DNA of 64,000 nucleotides, from positions 2,069 to 66,068 of the forward strand of contig JBKXSZ010000003.1 in NCBI GenBank assembly GCA_047017005.1. The letters are read 5' to 3'. Shown here piece by piece: positions 19,878-29,725 of the stretch. The notes under the pieces are model-generated. The model was not told the origin of the DNA. It saw only the letters and a list, made by a program, of their open reading frames with translations, and made no database searches. Each line of letters starts with the position of its first letter. Positions within the stretch are counted from its first letter, which is position 1. The position numbers and the translations under genes were made by a program. This stretch comes from Clostridia bacterium. GTDB taxonomy: Bacteria > Bacillota > Clostridia > TANB77 > CAG-508.

Positions 19878-20252
19878 ATGAATCTTAAAGAAAATGCTAA
19901 AAAGTTAAAGGAAAATATATCAACAATTTATATAGCAATGAAGAAAAAAGAAACGCCACTATATGCCAAGATATTGGCAGGAATAACAGTAGGTTATGCT
20001 TTATCTCCAATAGATTTTGTACCTGACTTTATACCGGTTTTAGGTTATCTAGATGATATAATAATTTTGCCAATATTTGCTTGGCTTTCAATAAAAATGA
20101 TACCAAAAGAAATAATCGAAATATCTAAAGAGGAAGCAAAAGATTTATGGAAAGATGGAAAACCTAAAAAATGGTATTATGCTATACCAATAGTATTAGT
20201 ATGGTGCTTAATAATATATGTTATTATAAAAAACATAATATACAAAATTTGA
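19878..20252 (+). CDS. DUF1232 (YkvA-like) membrane protein
   Basis: YALSPIDFVPDFIPVLGYLDDIIILP is the DUF1232 signature. Confidence 0.6.
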   Translation: MNLKENAKKLKENISTIYIAMKKKETPLYAKILAGITVGYALSPIDFVPDFIPVLGYLDDIIILPIFAWLSIKMIPKEIIEISKEEAKDLWKDGKPKKWYYAIPIVLVWCLIIYVIIKNIIYKI

Positions 20253-20367
20253 TTTTGAGTAAAATTGTAAAATATGTTATATTATTAATAGCTTTATGCT
20301 GTACCCAAAGGGGATTTTCAATAAATCTCGAAGGGTACACCTCCTAGTAGTACAAAGAGGTATATTT

Positions 20368-20640
20368 ATGGCATTACGAGAAGATCTTTACAACACGGCT
20401 CGGCAAATAAGAGTTGAGGAAGAAACTGCGAAGAGTAATGTACACAAGATTTTTGCAGAGATTTACTTGAAATAGCAATGTAGAATAGCTGCTATAGAAG
20501 GCAAGTATGCCGTTTTAATAGACAGTAGAACTACATTAAAAGATTTTGCAAGTGAAAATAATCTGGATTTCGATCCTCAGAATTGCGATGTTAGTTGGAT
20601 TATGGCATTTCCTTGTTCCAACAATGTTTCAGTGGTATGA
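20368..20640 (+). pseudogene. Degraded ORF with an in-frame TAG (20473-20475); unknown function
   Basis: ATG after AGAGGT. It reads MALREDLYNTARQIRVEEETAKSNVHKIFAEIYLK*QCRIAAIEGKYAVLIDSRTTLKDFASENNLDFDPQNCDV... in one frame. It is visibly GC-richer than its surroundings. Confidence 0.3.
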
Positions 20641-20959
20641 TTATTTACCAACGCAATATGAGAATTTAATTGTTGGAATAGATTATACTAATTATTGTTT
20701 TTCTGCTTTATTATTTGGAAGTAGTTTATTATTAATATTATGGGGAAAAAGAGCATTTACAGAAAATAGAGAATCAAAAGAAATGTATTTTTTCTTAACT
20801 ATAATATGGTTAATTAGATCAAGTCTTGCAACATTTATAGAACCATGACCTCTTGAACCTATTCCTTGGGCAGCAATACTTCAATTAGCTATGTCAGATT
20901 TATTAGCAATAGGTATGGTAATAATGAGTTTTAAATTTTATAAAATAATAAACTATTAG
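20546..20959 (+). pseudogene. Membrane protein gene, N-terminally truncated, with an in-frame TGA at 20846-20848
   Basis: The ORF ...LVGLWHFLVPTMFQWYDYLP...ATFIEP stops at TGA. The same frame then continues PLEPIPWAAILQLAMSDLLAIGMVIMSFKFYKIINY (another TM helix) to TAG at 20957-20959. Confidence 0.45.
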
Positions 20960-20977
20960 ACAAAGGAGTGAACGAAT

Positions 20978-21616
20978 ATGAAATATACAAGAATTGATTT
21001 GAATGAATGGAAAAGAGGAAATCTTTTTAAGTTTTATATTGACAATATGCGTATTGTTATGAGTTTAACTGTTGATATTGATGTGACACCGCTATATGAA
21101 TTTACAAAGAAAAATAATCTAAAATTTTATCCCTCAATGCTATGGGTAGTATCAAGGGTTATCAATGCACATGATGAATTCAAATACAGCTGGGATAGTG
21201 GTGATAATTTAATTAAATGGGACTATATTTCTCCATCTTATACTGATTTTCACAAAGAAGATGAAAGTTTCACTAAACTGGTCACAGAATATTCTGATGA
21301 TTTATTTGAATTTCATGCTAGGTTTATGGCTGACAGAGAGAAATATAGAGAGCTTCGTGCAATCGTAGAAAATCAGCCACAGAATTTCTTTGATGTAACT
21401 TGCTTACCTTGGGTTAAATATACACACTTTGACCTTCATGTTTTTGATGAAGGAAAGTTCCTTGCTCCAGTGGTGACTTGGGGAAAATATGAAGAAGAAC
21501 ATAAAAAACTTATGATGCCACTTACTATGAATATTCATCATGCTGTTGCTGATGGTTTCCATCTATCTAGATTTTTTAATGAGGTGCAAGAGTTAATAAA
21601 TACATTTAACTTCTAA
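20978..21616 (+). CDS. cat: Type A chloramphenicol O-acetyltransferase
   Basis: 212 aa. N-terminal IDLNEWKRGNLFKFY..., FYPSMLWVVSRVIN, and the catalytic-His block MNIHHAVADGFHLSRFFNEVQ (HHAVxDGxH) match CAT. Confidence 0.85.
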   Translation: MKYTRIDLNEWKRGNLFKFYIDNMRIVMSLTVDIDVTPLYEFTKKNNLKFYPSMLWVVSRVINAHDEFKYSWDSGDNLIKWDYISPSYTDFHKEDESFTKLVTEYSDDLFEFHARFMADREKYRELRAIVENQPQNFFDVTCLPWVKYTHFDLHVFDEGKFLAPVVTWGKYEEEHKKLMMPLTMNIHHAVADGFHLSRFFNEVQELINTFNF

Positions 21617-21746
21617 CTAATTGTATGTATAACTACTATTCTACTGTAAATAAACTAATAGTCGAGAAAACTAAACTAATTATTGGTTTACTTTATTTAT
21701 AAAGTATAGTAACATTTTATTATACTAAATCAAGGAGGTTGCAACT

Positions 21747-22142
21747 ATGAAAAGTATTGGAGAAACCATTGCTTCTTTAAGAAAGAAAAAAGGTATAACA
21801 CAAAATGAGTTAGCCGAAAAAATGAATGTTACTGATAAGGCTGTTTCAAAATGGGAAAGAGATTTATCTTGTCCTGATATTAATACAATATCAAAATTAG
21901 CGGATATACTTGATGTATCGGTTGAAGAACTTTTAGAAGCTAAAAAGAAAGACTATTCAAACACTAAAATAAAAGATTTGATAAATTTAATATTTAAAGC
22001 AGTTTCACTGGCAATGGGAATAGCTGTGGTAGTTTTAAATATATTAAATCAAATAGATGTAAAATCATCAATAATAATGTTGGGCTTTGGAATGATTTGT
22101 ATTAGTATTTATTTATTAGATAACAAGGAAAACAAAAATTAG
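21747..22142 (+). CDS. XRE-family HTH regulator with a C-terminal membrane anchor
   Basis: IGETIASLRKKKGITQNELAEKMNVTDKAVSKWERDLSCPDINTISKLADILDVSVEELL is a Cro/C1 HTH. The C-terminus has two hydrophobic helices. Confidence 0.75.
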   Translation: MKSIGETIASLRKKKGITQNELAEKMNVTDKAVSKWERDLSCPDINTISKLADILDVSVEELLEAKKKDYSNTKIKDLINLIFKAVSLAMGIAVVVLNILNQIDVKSSIIMLGFGMICISIYLLDNKENKN

Positions 22143-22151
22143 TAATATTCT

Positions 22152-22184
22152 AAAACGAGTGATAATTGAAAATCACTCGTTTTA
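22152..22184 (+). terminator. Rho-independent terminator
   Basis: AAAACGAGTGAT-N8-ATCACTCGTTTT. Confidence 0.7.
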
Positions 22185-22482
22185 ATATTATCATCTAACT
22201 AACAAATTACAAGTATAAAATTAGATGTTAAAAATAATTTTACATCTAATTTTTTTGACTGTATAATTAAGCCATTTGCACTTTGTTAAAATTTTAAAGA
22301 ATTTTTGAAAATGGTTAAGAAGAGCTTAACAAGTAGATTTGCTAAGGTTTTTTCTTTTTTTAATTTTTGAACTAATTTGTTCAAATTACTTTGTATTCAT
22401 GAATCCAACAGGTAGAAATATTGCATCAGATTCAAATTGGAAAGGAAGAAGATCACCTTGGATAATCTTGTTCTATTTTTCT

Positions 22483-22821
22483 TTATATTTTTTCTATACG
22501 AATAGCTAAAATGCCATATTTATGTTCTTGATCAATTGAATAAATTTGATGGATATTGTTTAATTTCTCTTCTAGACTATTTGCCGGACCAGATATATTA
22601 AAGTCAACATCCTTAAATAAATCTTCAAACGAATTATATCTTAATAATCCTGTAACTTTAACCTTAAGGGTTTGAGATAAATCCGTTACTTTATGAAATA
22701 TAATATAATCATTAAGATTAATTTTAGCTCTTTTTTCGTCATATAACCTAAGTTCAATTTTCTTAATACCTTTATCTATATTGTTAAAAGGTTTCTCATT
22801 TAGCCTCATTTCATGTGTCAT
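22483..22821 (-). CDS. ASCH domain protein
   Basis: MTHEMRLNEKPFNNIDKGIKKIELRLYDEKRAKINLNDYIIF... fits the ASCH/PUA-like fold family. ATG 22821 sits 8 nt after AGGAG; the track start at 22830 overlaps the RBS. Confidence 0.65.
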   Translation of the reverse strand: MTHEMRLNEKPFNNIDKGIKKIELRLYDEKRAKINLNDYIIFHKVTDLSQTLKVKVTGLLRYNSFEDLFKDVDFNISGPANSLEEKLNNIHQIYSIDQEHKYGILAIRIEKI

Positions 22822-23038
22822 AAAAATCACTCCTCGTATTTTAAATATATATTAAATTTAAAAATTAATCAAACTATTACTATTTAATATATGATTAAAA
22901 TTTATATGCCCAAAGTATATTGTATTTTATGTACTTAGTCAATTATGGCAGAGAATGCTTTTTGATATTTTTCCTATTCTTTTGCTATAAAATGTAGTAC
23001 AATAGAAGAGAAAAAAGAGAAAAGAATAGGAGTAGATC

Positions 23039-23515
23039 ATGGAAGAAAAAACAAATGTTATGCGAATACTAGATAAAGCAAAGATACCGTACAAACGCTA
23101 CTATTATGGTGATACAGATGCGATTAGTGGAGTAGAAATAGCAGAAGTATTAAAACAAAATCCAAAACAAGTATTTAAAACATTAGTAACGATGGGTAAA
23201 ACAAATATCATTTATGTATTTATGATTCCAGTAGCAGAAGAGTTAGATTTGAAAAAAGCAGCTAAAGCGATAGGAGAAAAATCGATTGCTATGGTAAAAT
23301 CAAAAGATTTATTAGGATTAACAGGATATATTCACGGTGGCTGTTCTCCTATTGGAATGAAAAAAAGATATTCCGTAACAATAGACTCTTCTGCAATAAA
23401 TTTTTCTACTATTATTTTTAGTGCTGGGAAAATAGGATATCAAGTAGAAGTAGCTTTACAGGATTTAGAAAAGATACTTCGCATGCAAATTTGTAATATC
23501 ATATCAGATAAATAA
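23039..23515 (+). CDS. ybaK: Cys-tRNA(Pro)/Cys-tRNA(Cys) deacylase YbaK/EbsC
   Basis: TNVMRILDKAKIPYK...VFKTLV...GYIHGGCSPIGMKK is the YbaK family pattern. Confidence 0.8.
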   Translation: MEEKTNVMRILDKAKIPYKRYYYGDTDAISGVEIAEVLKQNPKQVFKTLVTMGKTNIIYVFMIPVAEELDLKKAAKAIGEKSIAMVKSKDLLGLTGYIHGGCSPIGMKKRYSVTIDSSAINFSTIIFSAGKIGYQVEVALQDLEKILRMQICNIISDK

Positions 23516-23572
23516 AATAAGAAGAATCAAAGATTGAACAAATACCAAAAAGAAAAGATCAAGAAAGAGAAT

Positions 23573-23604
23573 AAAAGTCATCTTCCATTTTGGAGATGAC
23601 TTTT
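23573..23604. terminator. Bidirectional terminator between ybaK and the convergent XRE gene
   Basis: AAAAGTCATCTTCCA / TGGAGATGACTTTT hairpin. Confidence 0.6.
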
Positions 23605-23606
23605 AT

Positions 23607-23849
23607 CTATTTGGTGTTTTCTTTTGGTGGTGTATATTCAATAATATCACCAATTTCGCAATCAATAGTCTTGCAAATTCTAGCAAGCAAATTTAAGTCT
23701 ACTTTTTGCATATCATTGTTGCAATATTTTAATAATTGTTTATAGTGAATTTGTCCGTTTCTAGACAAACTAGAACGACTAATGCTGTGTGCTTTTAAAT
23801 ATTCGTCTAGTTTTAAATCTATTTTACCCCATTCGTCCATTTTGCTCAC
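23607..23849 (-). CDS. Small XRE/Cro-type HTH protein (80 aa)
   Basis: LDEYLKAHSISRSSLSRNGQIHYKQLLKYCNNDMQKVDLNLLARICKTIDCEIGDIIEY resembles HTH_26-type regulators. Confidence 0.65.
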   Translation of the reverse strand: MSKMDEWGKIDLKLDEYLKAHSISRSSLSRNGQIHYKQLLKYCNNDMQKVDLNLLARICKTIDCEIGDIIEYTPPKENTK

Positions 23850-24039
23850 CTCTAAGAAATATTAACACTAAATTTTCTCCCAGACAATTAGGAAGACACC
23901 TAGTAAAGTTATGCATACTAGTAATATATACTATTTCTTTTTAAAATTTTGTCGAAATTTGCAACATAAGTATAATATTATATATAATAAATAAAAATAA
24001 AAGTAAGAGCAATTGAAAATAATAAAAAAGGGGTAAAAG

Positions 24040-24912
24040 ATGGAACAAAAATATATCTTCATTATTAATCCAAATGCAAATCGAGGAAGAAACCGAGAAG
24101 TAAAGGTGAGAATAGATAGAGTTTGCAAAAAAAGAAACCTAGACTATGAGATTCGATTTACGTATCGAAGAGGTTCGGCTACTAAAATTGTAAAAGAATA
24201 TCAAGATAAAGAATATATTATTTACGCAGTAGGCGGAGATGGATTAATCTCAGAAGTAGTAAATGGAATAGTAGGAACAAAAAATAAGTTAGGAGTAATA
24301 CCGACAGGAAGTGGAAATGATTTTGCAAGAACGATGTTAGAAATTATTCCAACAACGCAAAAAATAGATTTAGGAAAAATCAATAATCGCTATTTCCTAA
24401 ATATAGCTTGTTTAGGAATGGATGCAGATTCTGCTAATAATGTATTCCGAATGAAGAAAGTGGGAGTACCTAAAAATTGGCTATATACTACTAGCGTAGT
24501 TTATACCTTTTTTCACTATAAAGCACCAGTTATAGAACTAGCTATTAATGGGAAACGAATAAAAGATGAACTAACGATGCTTGCCATCTGTAATGGTAGA
24601 TATTATGGAGGTGGATATAAAGTAGCGCCTAATGCAACAGTAAACGATGGCCTACTAGATGTATATTTTGTGGGAAAATTCAACCGTATTAAAATTCCTA
24701 AATATTTAATAAAAATGAGAAAAGGAAAACATGGAGAAACGGGCAAGTTTAAAATATTTAAAACAAGCCAAGTAGAAGTAAAAAGTAATACTAAAATACG
24801 TTTTACAGTAGATGGAGAAATGCTATCCGGAAAAGAATTCAAACTTACTGTTTTAGATAAGGCTTTAACTCTTTATCGTAATCAGGACTTAGAAGGAAAA
24901 ATAATAGGATAA
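24040..24912 (+). CDS. dagK: Diacylglycerol/lipid kinase family protein (DagK/YegS-like)
   Basis: IINPNANRG, the catalytic-domain motif YAVGGDGLISEVVNG, and GVIPTGSGNDFAR. Confidence 0.8.
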   Translation: MEQKYIFIINPNANRGRNREVKVRIDRVCKKRNLDYEIRFTYRRGSATKIVKEYQDKEYIIYAVGGDGLISEVVNGIVGTKNKLGVIPTGSGNDFARTMLEIIPTTQKIDLGKINNRYFLNIACLGMDADSANNVFRMKKVGVPKNWLYTTSVVYTFFHYKAPVIELAINGKRIKDELTMLAICNGRYYGGGYKVAPNATVNDGLLDVYFVGKFNRIKIPKYLIKMRKGKHGETGKFKIFKTSQVEVKSNTKIRFTVDGEMLSGKEFKLTVLDKALTLYRNQDLEGKIIG

Positions 24913-25096
24913 AGTAAAAATAACCAAAAAATAAAAAGTAAATAATAAAACTATTTGACATAAAAGAAAGAATAGAAAAAATATAAAAACACTTAGAAAT
25001 AAGTGTAGCAGATAAAGATGGTCTCTTTAAAGCGGGTAGTAAAAGTAGCAAGTTAAACCATAAGAATTGAAAAGAAAAATAAATAGTTAAGAAAAC

Positions 25097-25125
25097 TTGT
25101 AAATTTTTTGAAGCTGTGGTAATAT
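25097..25125 (+). promoter_or_regulatory. Promoter of the pheST leader
   Basis: TTGTAA, 17-nt spacer, TAATAT with upstream TG. Confidence 0.45.
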
Positions 25126-25189
25126 AGTAAAGTATAATAAAAGAAAAATATAAAAGCCGAAGAAAAAGCAAAGTATATTCTTTTTTTTA

Positions 25190-25416
25190 ATGTAGAACAG
25201 AGAATTAGGTTATTAGCTGAGAGCCTATCTATATCAAAGAATAGAAATTTCACTTTTGAGGTGCTATTTTGAAAAGTACAGTAGAAATAGACGTATTCCT
25301 TACGTTATAGGGAAATAGAGGTTAATAGTTAAAACGGTTTTTGCTATTAACGAAATTAGGTGGTACCACGAAATGATAGTCATTCGTCCTATATATTAGG
25401 CGAATGGCTTTTTTGA
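25190..25416 (+). promoter_or_regulatory. T-box leader (Phe) controlling pheST
   Basis: T-box sequence AAATTAGGTGGTACCACG at 25353-25370. The terminator GTCATTCGTCC/AGGCGAATGGC plus TTTTTT spans 25379-25416. A candidate TTC specifier lies at 25296-25298. Stem-I-like AGCTGAGAG and AGTA elements are present. Confidence 0.7.
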
Positions 25417-25535
25417 TGCATTTACTTATCTATTTTGTATAGTAAAGAAAGAGCAAAGTGAAAAAGAAAATACTACCATAAAACAGTTATTCATTTTAAA
25501 ACAAAAAATACATAAAGCAAAAAGGAGGAAAGATT

Positions 25536-26555
25536 GTGAAAGAACAAATTGAGACAATCAAACAAAATGCTATGAATCAAATAGCAGAAGCTAAAGACTT
25601 AACTTCTTTAAATGAAGTTCGAGTAAAATACTTAGGAAAAAAAGGAGAGCTTACACAAGTATTAAGAGGAATGGGAGGCTTATCTCCAGAGGAAAAACCT
25701 GTTATTGGAGCTTTAGTAAATACCGTTCGCGATGAGATTGAACTTGCGATTGAAAAAGTAGAAAAAGAATTAAAAAATAAGGAACTATTAGAAAAATTAA
25801 AATCAGAAACTATTGATGTAACCATGCCAAGTAAAAAAACAGAATTAGGAAGCATTCATCCTATCACAAAGATATACCAAGAGATTGAAGATGTATTTGT
25901 AGGATTAGGATATGAAATTGCAGATGGACCAGAAGTAGAACTTGCAATATATAATTTTGATAAATTAAACACCCCCAAAGACCATCCAGCAAGAGATAGT
26001 CAAGACACTTTCTATATCAATGAAGATATTGTACTTCGTAGTCAAACATCATCAGTACAAGCAAGAGTCATGGAAACACGAAAGCCACCAATCAAAATTA
26101 TTTGTCCAGGTACCGTATATCGTTCCGACTCTGTAGATGCAACCCACTCACCAGTGTTCCATCAAATTGAAGGACTAGTAGTTGATAAAAATATTACCAT
26201 GGCAGATTTAAAAGGAACTTTAGAAACTTTTGCCAAAAAGTGTTTAGGAGAGAACACGGTTATTCGTTTTAGACCACATCATTTCCCATTTACAGAACCA
26301 TCTGCTGAAGTAGATGTATCTTGTTTCGTATGTGGAGGAAAGGGATGTAAAACTTGTAAAGGTGAAGGATGGATTGAGCTACTAGGGTGTGGAATGGTAC
26401 ATCCTAATGTACTTCGTAATTGTGGAATTGACCCAGATGAATATTCCGGATTTGCTTTTGGATTCGGAGCAGATAGAGTGGCAATGGCAAAATTCGGAAT
26501 TGATGATTTAAGACTTCTTTATGAAAATGATGTCCGTTTTTTAAAACAATTCTAG
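25536..26555 (+). CDS. pheS: Phenylalanine--tRNA ligase alpha subunit
   Basis: GTG after AAAGGAGG. The class II motifs [31 protein letters not shown] and [13 protein letters not shown] are present. Confidence 0.95.
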   Translation: MKEQIETIKQNAMNQIAEAKDLTSLNEVRVKYLGKKGELTQVLRGMGGLSPEEKPVIGALVNTVRDEIELAIEKVEKELKNKELLEKLKSETIDVTMPSKKTELGSIHPITKIYQEIEDVFVGLGYEIADGPEVELAIYNFDKLNTPKDHPARDSQDTFYINEDIVLRSQTSSVQARVMETRKPPIKIICPGTVYRSDSVDATHSPVFHQIEGLVVDKNITMADLKGTLETFAKKCLGENTVIRFRPHHFPFTEPSAEVDVSCFVCGGKGCKTCKGEGWIELLGCGMVHPNVLRNCGIDPDEYSGFAFGFGADRVAMAKFGIDDLRLLYENDVRFLKQF

Positions 26556-26623
26556 AAAGCACATAAAAATAACAGAAGTATAAAAAAATAAAGAGAAAAT
26601 TAAAAAGAATAGGAGAGAAGAAA

Positions 26624-29032
26624 ATGAAAGCAAGTGTAGAATGGCTAAAAGAATATGCCGATATACAAGTACCTGTAATGGAACTTGCCGATAGACTTAC
26701 CATGACAGGCTCTAAAGTAGAGACAGTAGAAAGTAAAGGAAATGACATAAAGAATGTTGTAGTAGGAAAAATATTAGAAATAAAGAAACATCCTGATGCC
26801 GATAAATTAGTGGTAACCAAAGTGGATGTAGGAGATAAAATCTTACAAATTGTAACAGGTGCGAATAATATTAAAGAAAATGATATTGTACCAATTGCAA
26901 AAGATGGTTCTGAACTTCCAGGGGGAATTCATATTAAGACAGGAAAACTAAGAGGAATAGAGTCCTGTGGTATGATGTGTGCAGTAACAGAGCTTGGATT
27001 AAGTTTAGAAAGATATCCAGACCAAATTGAAATGGGAATTATGATACTTCCGAAAGAAATGGAAAAGGATTTAGGAAAAGATATAGTAGAAGCATTAGGA
27101 ATAGGAGAAGATATTATTGATTTTGAAATTACCCCAAATAGACCGGATTGCTTATCTATTGAAGGATTAGGAAGAGAAACAGCAGCAACTCTACAGGTGC
27201 CTTTCTTAAATCCAAGAAAAAATATCGATGAAATGAAAGTAGAAAACAAAGACAATATAGAAGGATTAACTGTTAAAATTGAAGCTCCTGATTTATGTTA
27301 TCGCTATATAGGAAGAGTTGTAAAAAATGTAAAAATAGGACCATCACCAGAATGGATGGTAAGAAGATTAGAAGCCTGCGGTATGAGAAGCATAAACAAT
27401 ATTGTAGATATTACAAACTATGTTATGTTAGAGCTTGGGCAACCAATGCATGCTTTTGATATAAACTCTATTGAAGGAAAAGCAATTACAGTAAGAAGAG
27501 CAAAAGTAAATGAAAAGATTACTACTTTAGATGATGAAGAAAGAGAATTAACAGAGGATATGCTAGTGATAGCAGACAGTAAAAAACCGGTAGCGGTAGC
27601 AGGTGTTATGGGAGGACAAAACTCTGAAATCGAATCGGATACAGAAACGGTTGTATTTGAATCTGCAGTATTTTATAAAGGAAGTGTTCGTAAAACAGCT
27701 AAGAAATTAGGATTACGAACAGAAGCTTCTAGTCGTTATGAAAAAGGACTATCTCCAGAGAATGCGGAAAGAGCAATTAATAGAGCTGTGGAATTAGTAG
27801 AACTATTAGGTGCAGGAAAAGCAATAGATGGTAAAATTGATGTATATCCAACCAAACAAAAAGAAAATGTAATTGCATTAAACGTAGAAAGAATTAATGG
27901 GCTATTAGGAACTAATATTGAAAAAGAAGAAATGTTAGAAATCTTTGATAAGCTTGAACTAAAGAAAGATGGAGACAACATTATTCCTCCATACTTTAGA
28001 CAAGATATAGAAGGAATTGCAGATTTAGCAGAAGAAGTGCTACGTTTTCATGGATATGATACCTTAGGAAGTACCTTAATTCATGCAGAAAGTACGGTGG
28101 GAGGAAAGAATAAAAAACAAAAACTAGAAGATACATTAAGAGCAGTACTTGTGGATAGAGGACTATCTGAAATTTACACATATGGATTTATTAATGAAAA
28201 AGATTTGGATAAAGTAAATTTACCAAAAGAAAGTATATTAAGAGCGCAAACTGTGTCTATCCAGAATCCATTAAGTGAAGACTATACAATTATGAGAACC
28301 ACAACAGTTCCAAGTATGATGGCAACTGTTAGCTATAACTATAACCAAAAGAATAAAGAGGTTGGGTTATATGACATTTCTAGAACATACCGTGACGAAG
28401 CGGGAAGCATTGAAAAAGGTGAACTTCCTGTTGAAAATAATATCCTTACTATTGCTATTTATGGAGAAAATGATGATTACTATACATTAAAAGGTATTGT
28501 AGAAAATGTAATAGAAGCAGCGCAAATTGCAAGATATGACATTGCAAGAGAAACAGAAAATACGATGTATCACCCAGGAAGATGTGCAGTGATGAAAGTA
28601 GGAAAAGATGTAATTGCAACTTTCGGAGAAGTACATCCAATTCTATTAAATAACTATGGAGTAGGAACAAAGGTACTATTGGCAGAAATTGATATCGATA
28701 AACTTGTAAAATACGGAAGAACAAATAAAAAATATACACCAATACCAAAATTCCCAGCAGTAGAAAGAGATATTGCCATAACAGTACCAGAAGAAGTAGA
28801 AGTAGGTCAAATTGAAAAGATTATTCAAAAGAGAGCTAAAAAAGCTTTAGAAAGTGCAAAACTATTTGATGTATATCGCAGTGAAAAATTAGGTGTAGGA
28901 AAGAAAAGTGTTGCATACAGCTTAACTTTTAGGGATGTAAATAAAACATTGAATGATGAAGAAATTAACACTATCATGAATGGAATTATTGTCGACTTAG
29001 AAAATAATTTAGGAGCTGAATTAAGAAAATAG
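26624..29032 (+). CDS. pheT: Phenylalanine--tRNA ligase beta subunit
   Basis: 802 aa. The N-terminus MKASVEWLKEY... tRNA-binding domain, B3/4 and FDX-ACB regions are typical. It follows pheS. Confidence 0.95.
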   Translation: MKASVEWLKEYADIQVPVMELADRLTMTGSKVETVESKGNDIKNVVVGKILEIKKHPDADKLVVTKVDVGDKILQIVTGANNIKENDIVPIAKDGSELPGGIHIKTGKLRGIESCGMMCAVTELGLSLERYPDQIEMGIMILPKEMEKDLGKDIVEALGIGEDIIDFEITPNRPDCLSIEGLGRETAATLQVPFLNPRKNIDEMKVENKDNIEGLTVKIEAPDLCYRYIGRVVKNVKIGPSPEWMVRRLEACGMRSINNIVDITNYVMLELGQPMHAFDINSIEGKAITVRRAKVNEKITTLDDEERELTEDMLVIADSKKPVAVAGVMGGQNSEIESDTETVVFESAVFYKGSVRKTAKKLGLRTEASSRYEKGLSPENAERAINRAVELVELLGAGKAIDGKIDVYPTKQKENVIALNVERINGLLGTNIEKEEMLEIFDKLELKKDGDNIIPPYFRQDIEGIADLAEEVLRFHGYDTLGSTLIHAESTVGGKNKKQKLEDTLRAVLVDRGLSEIYTYGFINEKDLDKVNLPKESILRAQTVSIQNPLSEDYTIMRTTTVPSMMATVSYNYNQKNKEVGLYDISRTYRDEAGSIEKGELPVENNILTIAIYGENDDYYTLKGIVENVIEAAQIARYDIARETENTMYHPGRCAVMKVGKDVIATFGEVHPILLNNYGVGTKVLLAEIDIDKLVKYGRTNKKYTPIPKFPAVERDIAITVPEEVEVGQIEKIIQKRAKKALESAKLFDVYRSEKLGVGKKSVAYSLTFRDVNKTLNDEEINTIMNGIIVDLENNLGAELRK

Positions 29033-29143
29033 ATAGAACAAAAAAGTCTCAAACTAATTACTTTTAGCTTGAGATTCTTTTGTGAAATATAGAAATAGAC
29101 TAAGTCATTTTACAGAAGAAAGGATAAATTTAGGAAGTTGAAT

Positions 29144-29389
29144 ATGGATAATAAAGAAATTTTACTATCTAATGTTGATAAAATTCATACTACTGAAATG
29201 GGTATTGATAGAATAAAAAAGAATTTAAAATTAGATGTAGAAGATGTTGTATCCTATTGTAGGAAAAAAGTAATGGATAAAAATAGTAAAATTTATAAAC
29301 AAGGTAAGAATTGGTATGTTGAAATTGATCATATTAAAATAACTATAAATTCATATAGCTATACAATTATTACAGCACACTTAATTTAA
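29144..29389 (+). CDS. DUF3781 domain protein
   Basis: IHTTEMGIDRIKKNLKL...CRKKVMDKNSKIYKQGKNWYVEIDHIKITINSYSYTIITAH matches the DUF3781 pattern. Confidence 0.55.
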   Translation: MDNKEILLSNVDKIHTTEMGIDRIKKNLKLDVEDVVSYCRKKVMDKNSKIYKQGKNWYVEIDHIKITINSYSYTIITAHLI

Positions 29390-29584
29390 TAACAAATGGA
29401 ATGATAAATAATAAAAAAATTGAAATAATAAATAATGAATAATAAATAAAAGCGAAAGTATCTAAGAAGAAAATCTCTTTTTTCCCAGTAAAAGATAAAA
29501 ATATATTACTAAGTTCGTTGAAAAAAAAGTAAGTTTGTGGTATAACGTATATAAATTGTTGAAAATTAAAGGAGGCAATTTAAG

Positions 29585-29704
29585 ATGGCAAAAAAGAAAA
29601 TAGATAAAGGAAGATTAGCAATAAGGATTATTGCAGGAATTTGTGCAGCTATTATGGTAGTAGCTTTTGGAGGGACTTTAATATTCTACTTAATGGCGAT
29701 GTAA
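29585..29704 (+). CDS. Small membrane protein (39 aa), not in the ORF track
   Basis: AAAGGAGG RBS 7 nt before the ATG. It reads MAKKKIDKGRLAIRIIAGICAAIMVVAFGGTLIFYLMAM, a single TM helix, 21 nt upstream of cdaA. Confidence 0.4.
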   Translation: MAKKKIDKGRLAIRIIAGICAAIMVVAFGGTLIFYLMAM

Positions 29705-29725
29705 ATAAAAATAGGAGATATATAA

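Noticed and set aside
22395-22480. Minus-strand 28-codon fragment NKIIQGDLLPFQFESDAIFLPVGFMNTK, resembling a class I methyltransferase motif.
   Set aside because: There is no start codon, a stop lies immediately upstream, and the fragment is far too short for a confident homology claim.
24913-25096. Possible small RNA between dagK and the pheS T-box promoter (TTGACA at 24954, hairpin CACTTAGAAATAAGTG).
   Set aside because: There is no convincing -10, terminator or recognisable RNA family, so the evidence is insufficient.
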